64,000 nt of DNA, taken from NCBI GenBank assembly GCA_965213885.1, contig OZ243919.1:1052692-1116691 (forward strand). The letters are read 5' to 3'. The notes beneath the pieces are model-generated. The model was not told where the DNA came from. It saw only the letters and a program-made list of their open reading frames with translations, and did not search any database. Source of the stretch: Candidatus Poriferihabitaceae bacterium. Its GTDB lineage: Bacteria > Pseudomonadota > Gammaproteobacteria > Arenicellales > Poriferihabitantaceae. Positions 40,043 to 49,760 of the stretch are shown one piece after another (within the stretch, counting starts at the first letter, position 1; each line of letters opens with the position of its first letter). A program made the translations under genes and the position numbers.

Positions 40043-41141
40043 CACCGACAATTACCTGCAGCTGTTCCTTGAGAACATTCCCCTGATCGACACCCGTGCG
40101 CCGGTTGAATTCGCCCGGGGTGCGTTCGAGCATGCGGTCAACCTGCCGCTCATGACCGATGCTGAACGCCACCAGGTCGGAATCCGCTACAAGGAATCGG
40201 GACAGGAAGCTGCCATCGCACTGGGTCGCGAGCTCGTGGGTCCGACGCTGCAGTCGGAACGCACCCGGCTCTGGGTGGATTTCGCAAGGCACCACCCGGA
40301 GGGCTACCTGTACTGCTTCCGGGGTGGTCTGCGGTCACGCATCACCCAGGACTGGATGGCCCAGGCGGGCGTGCACTACCCCTACATCAAGGGAGGCTAC
40401 AAGGCCATGCGTCGTTTCCTGCTGGGAGTGATGGAGCGTCTGGGCGGCGGGTTACCGCTGATTCTGGTCAGCGGTCGTACCGGGACCGGCAAGACCCGAT
40501 TGCTGGGCTCCATCCACCGGTCGTTGGACCTGGAGGGTCTGGCCAACCATCGTGGCTCCAGCTTCGGCACCATGGCGGAGTCCCAACCGACCCCGGTCAA
40601 CTTCGAGAACCGAGTCGCGGTCCGCCTGCTGAAACTGGCCCAAGAAGATGAAAGGTCACCGGTGTTCGTCGAAGGGGAAGGGCGCCTGGTGGGAAGCCTC
40701 ACGGTGCCGGACCCGCTCTGGGCGAACATGCAGCGCTCGCCGGCCCTGGTGCTGGAAGCGGATATCGAGCACAGGGTGGATATCGGAATCTCCGACTACG
40801 TGGTGGACCTGCTGGACCGGTTCCGGCAGCTGGAGCCGGGAGAGGCCGGATTTGAACGCTTCGCCGAGCGCCATCGGCAGAGTCTCTACCGCATCCGCCG
40901 ACGGCTTGGTCTGGCATCCTACGATGAGGGCCTGTCCATGCTGGAAGCCGCACTGGCCGCACACCGCGACCATGATGACCTGGAAGGTTACCGGCCGTTC
41001 GTCCGCCTGCTGCTGGAACGCTACTACGACCCCATGTACGACTACCAGCTCTCGCGGCGGCAGGGTGAAGTGCTTGCCCGGGGTGATGCTGATGCGCTCG
41101 CGAGCTGGCTGCAGCGCCGGGGCGTGACACTGGACCGGTGA
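40032..41141 (+). CDS. selU: tRNA 2-selenouridine synthase (SelU/MnmH)
   Basis: The ATG at 40032 overlaps the cmoB end by 11 nt. It has a rhodanese domain with the active-site loop CFRGGLRS and the P-loop GRTGTGKT. Confidence 0.85.
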   Translation: MRLDTDNYLQLFLENIPLIDTRAPVEFARGAFEHAVNLPLMTDAERHQVGIRYKESGQEAAIALGRELVGPTLQSERTRLWVDFARHHPEGYLYCFRGGLRSRITQDWMAQAGVHYPYIKGGYKAMRRFLLGVMERLGGGLPLILVSGRTGTGKTRLLGSIHRSLDLEGLANHRGSSFGTMAESQPTPVNFENRVAVRLLKLAQEDERSPVFVEGEGRLVGSLTVPDPLWANMQRSPALVLEADIEHRVDIGISDYVVDLLDRFRQLEPGEAGFERFAERHRQSLYRIRRRLGLASYDEGLSMLEAALAAHRDHDDLEGYRPFVRLLLERYYDPMYDYQLSRRQGEVLARGDADALASWLQRRGVTLDR

Positions 41142-43423
41142 ACGACTTGACCCCCCAGGTCCGGGATCTGGTCCTGCTGGGTGGCGGGCACAGTCACGTC
41201 ATCGTCATCCGGAGGTGGGCGGCGAATCCCGTACCCGGTGTCCGGGTCACGCTGGTTTCACCCGATGCGCTGACGCCGTATTCCGGGATGCTACCCGGCC
41301 TGGTGGCGGGACACTACAGTGTTGAGGAGACCCACATCGACCTGACTCGCCTGTGCCGCTGGGCCGGGGTCCGGTTCGTGCAGTCCGCCGCCAGCGGGGT
41401 GGATGCCGACGGCCGTCGGGTCCTGTCCGACACCAGGCCGGCCATCGAATACGACCTCCTGTCCGTGGACACCGGCGGCGCGCCTTCCCTCGCCACTGTT
41501 CCCGGCGCTGCGCAGTACGCAACCCCGGTAAAGCCTGTCCACCGGTTTCATGCACGATGGCGGGAACTGGAGGCCCGTGCCCGGGAAAGTGGGAATGCCC
41601 TCGAGATCGGCGTGGTGGGTGCCGGGGCCGGCGGATTCGAAATCCTGCTGGCGATGAACCATGCCCTGAACTCGGTGGACAATCGCCCCGTAACGGCGAC
41701 AGGACCGTTGCGTCACCGGCTGCACTGGTTCATCCGGGATACCGCGCTGGAGGATTTTCCCGCCGCGGTACGGAGAATGGCCCTCAGGGCCTGTAAACAG
41801 CGCGGCGTTCACTGTCATCACGAGTTCGACGTGACGGAGGTCCGCGCCGACGGCCTGCGGTCGGCGCGGGGCCGGGAGGTCCGGTTGGACGCCGTCGTGT
41901 GGTGCACCGAAGCCATGGCTGCCTCGTGGCCGGCGGAGTCGGGACTCGATTGCGACGAGAGGGGATTGATCCGTGTATCCGACACGCTGCAAAGCCTGTC
42001 CCACCCGGATGTTTTCGCCGCCGGCGATGCTGCAGTGCAGGTGCATCATCCGCGGCCAAGGGCGGGGGTTTTCGCCGTTCGCCAGGGTCCCGTCCTGTCA
42101 GAGAACCTGCGAAGGGCGGTCCTGGGTGAAAGGCTACGGGAATACCGGCCCCAGAAAAGGTTCCTGACCTTGCTGTCCATGGGGGACCGCAGTGCCATCG
42201 GCCGCAAGGGGCCGTTCATTGCAAAGGGAGAATGGGTCTGGCGATGGAAGCACCGGATTGATCAAGAATTCATGTTCAATTTCAGTAAATTGCCTGAATT
42301 AATGCAACAAAAATCAAAAAAGATACCATCTGCGTTACAGGCTGAACTGGTATCGGGAGGCATGCCGGACGGCATGCGCTGCGGGGGCTGCGGAGCCAAG
42401 CTGGGGGGCGATGTGCTTGCGTCCGTCATGGACGGACTGGACGTCCCGGAGCGGGATGACCTGCCGGTGGGGTTGGCGTCACGGGGGGATGTGGCCGTGA
42501 TCGATTGTGGCAGCAGGCCGCTGGCCCAGTCGGTGGATCAGGTGCGGTCGTTTATCGACGACCCCTGGCTGTTCGGCCGGATTGCAACCGTTCACGCGTT
42601 GAGTGACTTGTACGCCGCACGCAGTGTTCCCCAATCCGCCATGGTCATCGTGACCCTGCCGTGGGGGGCCGAATCCACCATGCGCAGGGAGTTGTCACAG
42701 CTGATGCAGGGCGTGACCGTGGAACTCGCCCGGGCGGGATGCGCCCTGTCCGGGGGACATACCGCCGAGGGGCTCGAAACGACTCTCGGCTTCGTGGTCA
42801 ACGGCTATTCACCCGGCGCCGATGCATCCGTTGCCGATCGTCCCCGGGCGGGAGATTGCCTGATACTGACCAAGCCCCTGGGAACCGGTGTCATCCTGGC
42901 GGCAGCGATGCGGGCCAGAGCCGCCGGCCCGGTGCTGGACACGGCTCTGGCATCGATGTTGCAGTCAAATGCCCGCGCCGCCGGGATCTTCGAGGATTAC
43001 GGCGTCAGTGCTATGACTGACGTAACCGGATTCGGCCTTGCGGGCCACCTCCTGACGCTCCTCAGGGCCTCGGGCCTGTCTTGCCACCTGCGGCCGGATG
43101 CGGTGCCGGCACTGCCGGGGACGGCAGCACTCCACGGGGAAGGAATCCGCAGCTCACTGCAGGGTGCCAATGTCCGGATGCTGCAAGGCGGTGGGAACGT
43201 GGATTCGCCTGACGCCATCCCGGGCTGGGAACTCCTGACGGATCCGCAGACCAGCGGGGGACTCCTAGCGGTCATTCCGCCCGACGCAGCCGGCGGCTGC
43301 CTTGAGGCCCTGCGCCAGTCCGGTTATGACCGGGCGGCCTGTATCGGAACGCTGGCCGACCGTGTCGACCGTGATCCCCTGATCGTCTGCGGACCGGATC
43401 CGAATACCTGCCGTTGTCCGTAG
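41138..43423 (+). CDS. selD: Fusion protein: FAD/NAD(P)-dependent pyridine nucleotide-disulfide oxidoreductase-like domain plus selenide,water dikinase SelD
   Basis: The GTG overlaps the selU stop. The N-terminal ~370 aa carry two Rossmann motifs (LLGGGHSH, VVGAGAGGFE). The C-terminal ~350 aa are SelD, with the RCGGCGAKL active-site loop (Cys form) and a PurM-like fold. Confidence 0.85.
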   Translation: MNDLTPQVRDLVLLGGGHSHVIVIRRWAANPVPGVRVTLVSPDALTPYSGMLPGLVAGHYSVEETHIDLTRLCRWAGVRFVQSAASGVDADGRRVLSDTRPAIEYDLLSVDTGGAPSLATVPGAAQYATPVKPVHRFHARWRELEARARESGNALEIGVVGAGAGGFEILLAMNHALNSVDNRPVTATGPLRHRLHWFIRDTALEDFPAAVRRMALRACKQRGVHCHHEFDVTEVRADGLRSARGREVRLDAVVWCTEAMAASWPAESGLDCDERGLIRVSDTLQSLSHPDVFAAGDAAVQVHHPRPRAGVFAVRQGPVLSENLRRAVLGERLREYRPQKRFLTLLSMGDRSAIGRKGPFIAKGEWVWRWKHRIDQEFMFNFSKLPELMQQKSKKIPSALQAELVSGGMPDGMRCGGCGAKLGGDVLASVMDGLDVPERDDLPVGLASRGDVAVIDCGSRPLAQSVDQVRSFIDDPWLFGRIATVHALSDLYAARSVPQSAMVIVTLPWGAESTMRRELSQLMQGVTVELARAGCALSGGHTAEGLETTLGFVVNGYSPGADASVADRPRAGDCLILTKPLGTGVILAAAMRARAAGPVLDTALASMLQSNARAAGIFEDYGVSAMTDVTGFGLAGHLLTLLRASGLSCHLRPDAVPALPGTAALHGEGIRSSLQGANVRMLQGGGNVDSPDAIPGWELLTDPQTSGGLLAVIPPDAAGGCLEALRQSGYDRAACIGTLADRVDRDPLIVCGPDPNTCRCP

Positions 43424-43637
43424 GGCGCTGCGACGGCACCTTGGACCCGCCGTCCATCCGGGCATGCGGGGACCCATGCCGTGGGCACCGGGAGCAGCCG
43501 TTGTCGCACGCAGGAGTCCGCCGGAAACCCGGGAGTCGGGCGGTTCGCCGTCGGTACCCTCCTGTCGACGCCCTTGGCCGGGTGGGGTAAGATGATTTCA
43601 AGGGCGCAACACAGGACCGATTCAGGATCACGGGGCA

Positions 43638-44294
43638 TTGAACATGGGCGACAGCAAATTCCGGATGAACCGGATCGACAGCCGACTGTCCCGGCTGTAT
43701 ACAGGGACCGACAACAAGCGGGAAACCTACGACCGCTGGGCGGACGACTACGAGAACGACCTGGTCGGGGACCTGGGATACGTGGCTCATGTCGATGCGA
43801 CGCGGGTCTTCCGCGACGCGGTGCCGGATCTGTCCTGCCGGGTGCTCGACGTGGCCTGCGGCACCGGGCTGGCGGGCATCGAGCTGGAACAATACGGTTA
43901 TTCGGACGTGGACGGTGCGGATTTTTCCCCGGCAATGCTGGCAAAGGCGGCCGCCACGGGTTGCTACCGTACGCTGTACCGGCACGATTTCACGCGCGAC
44001 CCGGAACCCCCCGGGCAGTATGACGCGTTGATCTGCGTGGGGCTTTTTGCATTCGACATTCCCCCGATCACGGACATGATACGGGTCATCCGCTGCGCCA
44101 GACCCGGTGGAACCTGTGTGATCACCATCAACGGGGCCGCCTGGCATCAGCTGGACCATGAAACCACGGTCAGGGGCGAAGCCGAACGGCATGGTTTTGC
44201 CATCGAAGCCATCCACCGGGCGGACTATATCCGGGGGCAGGGCATCGATGGGCGGGTTCTCGTGATCCGGGCCTTCGGAGACGGGGTTGGCTGA
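43638..44294 (+). CDS. Class I SAM-dependent methyltransferase
   Basis: Motif I VLDVACGTG is present, along with a post-I acidic residue (DGADFS). The start may be the ATG at 43644. Confidence 0.7.
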   Translation: MNMGDSKFRMNRIDSRLSRLYTGTDNKRETYDRWADDYENDLVGDLGYVAHVDATRVFRDAVPDLSCRVLDVACGTGLAGIELEQYGYSDVDGADFSPAMLAKAAATGCYRTLYRHDFTRDPEPPGQYDALICVGLFAFDIPPITDMIRVIRCARPGGTCVITINGAAWHQLDHETTVRGEAERHGFAIEAIHRADYIRGQGIDGRVLVIRAFGDGVG

Positions 44295-44901
44295 CACGAT
44301 CCAGATCCCGCTGTTTCCCCTCGGGACGGTGCTGTTCTCCGGCGGCGTCCTGCCTCTGCGTATTTTTGAACCCCGTTATCTGACCATGATCGGGAACTGC
44401 ATGCGCGAAGGCGCAGGCTTTGGCGTGGTACTGATCGTGGAGGGCAGGGAGGCCGGTGAGGCGGCCAGGTTTCACCAGGTCGGGACCCTGGCGCGCATCG
44501 AGGACTTCGACAGGCTCGATGACGGGAACCTCGGTATCACCTGTCGAGGAGACCGCCGCTTCCGTGTCGTTGAACGCGAGGTCCAGGAAGATCACCTCAT
44601 CATCGCGGACGTGGAATTTCTTGCTGAACCGGTGTCGCCGCCGTTGCCGGACAGGTATCCAGAGATGAAGCGGTTCCTGCAGGGTCTCTACCGGCGCGAA
44701 GAACTCAAGGTCTGGGCCGATTCCATCATGCCGGACTGGGACAACGGCCACTGGCTGGCCTGTCGCCTGATCGAGGTACTGCCGCTGGCTGCGGAAGGCA
44801 GGCAGGCCTTCCTCGAAATGGAGGCGGGGGAACGATTGATGAATCTTGAGCGGATCATGGACGAGAACGGCCTGCTCCAGGAGCCGAATAATGAAGATTG
44901 A
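44287..44901 (+). CDS. LON substrate-binding (N-terminal) domain protein
   Basis: IPLFPLGTVLFSGGVLPLRIFEPRYLTM... is typical of stand-alone LON_substr_bdg proteins. It has a TTG start overlapping the upstream stop. Confidence 0.75.
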   Translation: MADTIQIPLFPLGTVLFSGGVLPLRIFEPRYLTMIGNCMREGAGFGVVLIVEGREAGEAARFHQVGTLARIEDFDRLDDGNLGITCRGDRRFRVVEREVQEDHLIIADVEFLAEPVSPPLPDRYPEMKRFLQGLYRREELKVWADSIMPDWDNGHWLACRLIEVLPLAAEGRQAFLEMEAGERLMNLERIMDENGLLQEPNNED

Positions 44902-44974
44902 AGCCACCTGCGAACTGCCGGGAAATTACCAACATCCGTTTCAGATCGTGCTTACAACCATCTAGACCAGGGCC

Positions 44975-45751
44975 ATGTGTCAACTGTTCGGGATGTCGAC
45001 CCGTACACCGGTGCGGGTACGTTTCCGCTGGAAACGCTTCGCCAGTCAGGGGGCCGCTGCCGGAAATCCGGATGGCTGGGGTGTGGCCTATGGCAATGGC
45101 GACGTCCAGGTGCTGCGCGAGCCGATACCGGCGGGAGACAGTGAACTGGTCAGGTTCCTGGCCGGACATGGCCCGCTGGCGACCACCGTGGTCTCCCATG
45201 TCAGGCGGGCAACGCGGGGCAGACGGATTCTCAGCAATACCCAGCCATATGCGAGGGTTCTGGGCGGTTTCACCCATGTCTTTGCCCACAACGGACATGT
45301 CCCGCTGGACGCGATACCGGAAAGTCCCTGGCTGCGTCCGGTGGGGGATACCGATTCAGAGGCCCTGTTCTGCCTGTTGCTGTCACGGCTCGAACCGTTG
45401 TGGACGCACGGCGCCCCCCCGCTGGAGGCGCGCTTTGCAGTGATTACGGAATTCGCCGGTGAAATGCGGTCCAGAGGTGCGGTCAATTTTCTCTACTTCG
45501 ACGGTCTGACCCTGTTCGCCCATGCCCACCGGCGGACCATACCGGGTGAGGGGATATCCGCGGATCCGGGACTCTACCTGTCCCCGCGCCCCCAAAGCGG
45601 TCCCCTGGGCCGCGACAGCGGTGTCGGCATGGACTGTGACGGGCCGGTGCCGGAGCAGACCCTGATTGCCACGGTGCCCATCGACAACGGCTTCTGGGAG
45701 CCCATGGCGGCCGGTGCGCTGTTACGGCTGGAACAGGGACGCGTGGTGTAA
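44975..45751 (+). CDS. Class II (Ntn) glutamine amidotransferase, YafJ-like
   Basis: MCQLFGMS gives the nucleophile Cys at position 2, and the 258-aa size fits the GATase_4/6-like group. Confidence 0.7.
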   Translation: MCQLFGMSTRTPVRVRFRWKRFASQGAAAGNPDGWGVAYGNGDVQVLREPIPAGDSELVRFLAGHGPLATTVVSHVRRATRGRRILSNTQPYARVLGGFTHVFAHNGHVPLDAIPESPWLRPVGDTDSEALFCLLLSRLEPLWTHGAPPLEARFAVITEFAGEMRSRGAVNFLYFDGLTLFAHAHRRTIPGEGISADPGLYLSPRPQSGPLGRDSGVGMDCDGPVPEQTLIATVPIDNGFWEPMAAGALLRLEQGRVV

Positions 45752-45791
45752 GGGCGCCGCAGGAGTTCCGGGTTCCGGGTGGACCGTGGAG

Positions 45792-46172
45792 CTATTCCAT
45801 GCCCATCTCATCCATCACCTTCCTCGCTGCGCGGAAGCATTCCAGGGACTGCGGCACACCGCAGTAGATGCCGATGACGTGGATGATGGCGCGCAGTTCC
45901 TCCCTGGTGACTCCATTGTTGATGGCGCCGCGGCAGTGGAGTTCCCATTCATGCATCTTCCCGAGGGCGCCGATCATGGAGAGGTTCATCATGGAGCGGG
46001 TCTTGGGATCGATGCAGTCATCGCCCCAGCCAAAGCCCCAGCACCATTCCGTCATCATTTCCTGGAACGGGCGGGTGAAGTCATCTGCATGGTCCAGCAC
46101 CTGTTCCACGTACTCGGCGCCCAGGGTGGCCTTGCGTTGGGCAAGGCCGGTTTCGAAACGATTTTTGTCCAT
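45792..46172 (-). CDS. Carboxymuconolactone decarboxylase (AhpD-like) family protein
   Basis: 126 aa with the CMD pattern (...FQEMMTEWCWGFGWGD..IDPKTRSMMNLSM...ELHCRGAINNGVTREEL). Confidence 0.75.
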   Translation of the reverse strand: MDKNRFETGLAQRKATLGAEYVEQVLDHADDFTRPFQEMMTEWCWGFGWGDDCIDPKTRSMMNLSMIGALGKMHEWELHCRGAINNGVTREELRAIIHVIGIYCGVPQSLECFRAARKVMDEMGME

Positions 46173-46253
46173 GGTGATTGTCGGAGGTATTCTGGTTGAA
46201 TTGGTACCGGGGCCGTTCCGGCGGGAACGGCCGTGCGGCGGCTGATTGTGCGC

Positions 46254-48707
46254 CTAGTCGCTTGCGCGCGGCAAGCGGTTCTGCGGGTCGTAGACCGCGC
46301 CGGGGATGATCCGGGCTCTGCGATGACTGCCCCGCAAGAGGATCGTCAACTCCGTATCCGGTGCCGCAATCGCCGGATCGACGTAGGCGAACCCGAGCCA
46401 TGCGCCGACGGCATAGCCATAGCCTCCGGAAGAGACCTGCCCCACCGGCCTTTCTCCCTGCCACACGGACTCGGAACCCAGGGGGTCCACCGGGACCTCC
46501 CCCGGGGCCGGCTCATCCAACCTGAGCAGGACGAGTACCCAACGCGTGGCCGGGGCCAGTGATGCGGCCGCACCCTGGAAACCGCCGTCCCGGGAAAAGC
46601 GGGTGACATCCGCCTCTGCAAGGGTGACCTCGTTGGTGATCTCGTGGCCGGAGCGGTAGGCCTTTTCCATGCGCATGGCGTTCAGGGCGGCGGAGCCGAC
46701 ATGCACCATACCTTCCGCTGCCGGAGCCGAGAGCAGGGCATCGTGGACGGGCTGCATTCCCGCCATGGGAATGTGCAGTTCCCAACCGAGTTCGCCGGTA
46801 TAGGTGACCCGCATGGCGCGGATGTCCTTCACTCCGGCCACGGCGATATGCCGGGCTGACAGCCAGCGGAACTCCGCGTTGCCAAGCGGCGCCTCGGTCG
46901 CGGCACCCAGGATGTTCCGTGATGCGGGTCCAGCAAGCATGATGACCCCGTATGTCTCCGACACGTTGTCGAAGTCGACGGCCTCGCCGGGCCGTACCTG
47001 GGTACGCATCCAGTCAAGCAGGGCGGCTTCCCGCACTGCGGCGTAGACCAGGTAGAAGTGATTGCGGCCCAGACGCACCAGCGTGGCTTCGCCCTCGATC
47101 CGGCCGTTCTCCAGTATCAGGTAGGTCAGCGTGATGCTGCCGACATGTTGCGGTATCCGGTTGCTGGAGATACGTTCGAGGAAACGCGCCGCGTCTTTTC
47201 CGGCCACCTCGATCTTGGCGAAGGCGCTGAGGTCCGCTATCCCGGCATGGGCGCGCAGGCTGCGCACCTCATCGCCCACGATGCCCCATAGCCCGGTGCG
47301 CCGGAAGCTGTGGATGGGTTCACGCGGTGTCCCAGCCGGGGCGTACCAGTGAGGACGCTCCCAGCCGTACAGGTCCTCGTATACCGCACCCCGGGATTTC
47401 AGCCTTCCGTACAGCGGCGATGTCCTGGAATGGGAGGGGCGACATTCCGGGCGGTCAAGGGCAGGGAAGGGGATCTCATGCCGCAGTCGGTAATCCTCCT
47501 TGGCCTTGCGGATATGGTATTCGCGGTCCATGCGGGCGCCGAACCGTCGTGGGTCGAAGCTGCGCATGGAGATATCGGCGGCGCCGTGAATCATCCACTG
47601 CGCCAGATACCGGCCGGCGCCCGGCCCCCATGCGATACCCACCTGGGAACCGCAACAGAGCCAGAAATTGGGAAGGCCGGACGGTCCGAGCAGCATGTTG
47701 CCGTCCGGCGGATGGGTGATGGCGCCGTGGACCACGCGCCGGATGCCGAGTTCGGCGAAGACCGGCATACGCTCCATGGCGTTCTGGAGCCAGGGCATGA
47801 TCCGTTCATAGTCGGGCTCGAACAGTTCGTTTTCGGACTCCCAGGGGGTGCCGCAGTCCCAGACGGACTTGGGATTGGCCTTTTCATAGATGCCGATCAG
47901 GCCGGATTTCTGTTCCATGCGGATGTATCCGGAGACCTGGCGGTCGTCCCGCACCACCGGCAGTTCCCGATCAAGGTCGAGGAACTCCGGCACGGTGTCC
48001 GTAACCAGGTAGTGGTGCAGCATGTTGGCGATGGGCAGGTCCAGTCCGACCCAGGCGCCCACCTGGCGGGCATAGGTTCCCCCGGCATTGACCACATGCT
48101 CCGCACGAATGTCTCCCTTTTGGGTATGTACGACAAATTCGCCGTCTGTCTGCATGGTAATGCCGGTCGCACGATTCCTCCGCACTACCCCGGCGCCCAT
48201 CATCCGGGCGCCCTTGGCCATGGCGAGGGCGACCCCGGCGGGGTCCACGTGACCGTCGTGGGGAGTGTGCAGGGCCGCCTGGATTCCGTCCAGGTTGTAG
48301 AAGGGGTGCAGTTCCCTGATCCGGTTCGGTCCGATGATTTCCATATCGTGTCCGAGCCCCCTGCCCACGGAGAGGGTGTAGTGCAGCCAGTCCAGTTCGG
48401 CGTCCTCGTAGGCCACCCGGAGGCTGCCGCATCCGTGCCAGGTACAGGATTGACCCGTTTCAGCCTCCAGCCCCGGATAGAGTTCGGTGCCATAGGCGGC
48501 CATTTTTGCCAGGCCGTAATGACTTACGGAATGGGTAATCTGACCGGCGGCGTGCCAGGTTGAACCGCTGGTGAGCTCGCCTTTTTCAATCAGCAGGACA
48601 TCGGTCTCCCCCTCCCTGCATAGATGATAGGCAAGGGAGCAGCCCATGACGCCACCACCGACAATGACTACGCGGGCCTGGGATTTCATGTTTCGTTTCG
48701 ACAGCAA
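46254..48707 (-). CDS. Dimethylglycine/sarcosine dehydrogenase-like protein (DAO FAD domain plus GcvT-type folate-binding domain)
   Basis: 817 aa. It has the N-terminal FAD motif VVIVGGGVMGCS and the C-terminal aminomethyltransferase-like domains. Confidence 0.8.
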   Translation of the reverse strand: MLSKRNMKSQARVVIVGGGVMGCSLAYHLCREGETDVLLIEKGELTSGSTWHAAGQITHSVSHYGLAKMAAYGTELYPGLEAETGQSCTWHGCGSLRVAYEDAELDWLHYTLSVGRGLGHDMEIIGPNRIRELHPFYNLDGIQAALHTPHDGHVDPAGVALAMAKGARMMGAGVVRRNRATGITMQTDGEFVVHTQKGDIRAEHVVNAGGTYARQVGAWVGLDLPIANMLHHYLVTDTVPEFLDLDRELPVVRDDRQVSGYIRMEQKSGLIGIYEKANPKSVWDCGTPWESENELFEPDYERIMPWLQNAMERMPVFAELGIRRVVHGAITHPPDGNMLLGPSGLPNFWLCCGSQVGIAWGPGAGRYLAQWMIHGAADISMRSFDPRRFGARMDREYHIRKAKEDYRLRHEIPFPALDRPECRPSHSRTSPLYGRLKSRGAVYEDLYGWERPHWYAPAGTPREPIHSFRRTGLWGIVGDEVRSLRAHAGIADLSAFAKIEVAGKDAARFLERISSNRIPQHVGSITLTYLILENGRIEGEATLVRLGRNHFYLVYAAVREAALLDWMRTQVRPGEAVDFDNVSETYGVIMLAGPASRNILGAATEAPLGNAEFRWLSARHIAVAGVKDIRAMRVTYTGELGWELHIPMAGMQPVHDALLSAPAAEGMVHVGSAALNAMRMEKAYRSGHEITNEVTLAEADVTRFSRDGGFQGAAASLAPATRWVLVLLRLDEPAPGEVPVDPLGSESVWQGERPVGQVSSGGYGYAVGAWLGFAYVDPAIAAPDTELTILLRGSHRRARIIPGAVYDPQNRLPRASD

Positions 48708-49389
48708 CCGGGGGAAGCGTGACGATACATACGTATCAAGGCATAAATCAACAGTTCAAATGCAGTTCCCTGGGTCTGTGGCCGGGTCTTGTCCGTTCGC
48801 ATGCTTCCGGACGCCGCCAATGCTTCCTGTACATGCGGTATTCCGCATCATCGGCCCCGGGTATTCGGGGACTGCCACAAGGGAATTGACAGATGTCACG
48901 CAGGAACGGCCGCCCACAAAATGGCGTCGATATCGCCGGTCTATCCATTGTCTTCAGCCGGGACGAGATCCGGGTGGTGGTCCTGATGTACGGACAGAGG
49001 CGCGTTGCCGGAGGAGGCGTACACCTCCTCCGCACAATCGCTTTGCGGCACTGGGACAGGACGAGACGATTGCATGGAAACTGACCGAAGCACCCCTGAA
49101 AGGGCTTGGAACGGCCGTGCCCACGGATTGTGTGGTCTACCGGTTCTACAAATCATCCAGGTCCATAACATGGTGCTCATGCAGGTCATCCACGGGAAAT
49201 TCGGTGACGGTTTCATGAGCGCGGTCGACCTCACCATGTGGATGGATAGGCAGGAGCATCCCGAGGGCGTCCGCGTGAATCTCACGATATCCGGACAATT
49301 CCTTCCCTACCGGTGATGGTGACGGGATCATCTCCCGGGAACGGCGCAGGTGGCTACGGCTCGCCTGGGAGCTTCCGTCCCGGGGGTCA

Positions 49390-49399
49390 CCCCCCCCCC
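49390..49399. repeat. C10 homopolymer
   Basis: Counted directly from the sequence. It lies in a stretch without an intact ORF. Confidence 0.9.
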
Positions 49400-49760
49400 G
49401 CGCCTCTTGGTCCTGGTCGAAGCGGGCACTCCCATCTGGCCCCATGTCATGGCCCCTGTTCCGGAATCCGACGGGATTTCCGCATCTCCCGGCTGATTGT
49501 GCAAGATGTTCCGCGGATATTCAGATCAGGGGCGCAGCGCCTCCGACGAGCCATTGTCATTCCGGCTGCAGGGTTGCTCACTGATCGGTTGGATTACCTT
49601 CCGCAGCGATTTCGGCAGCACTTCCCGGGCAAAGTCTCCCTGACGTTGTGCGCCAAGTTGCGACTACAGTAACCGCACCCGCCCCACGGTTGTTCACATT
49701 CCGGTTGTTCTTCCGGTTGACCCCCTTCTCGATTTCTCCGTGATCGAGCGCCAGCCCGGG

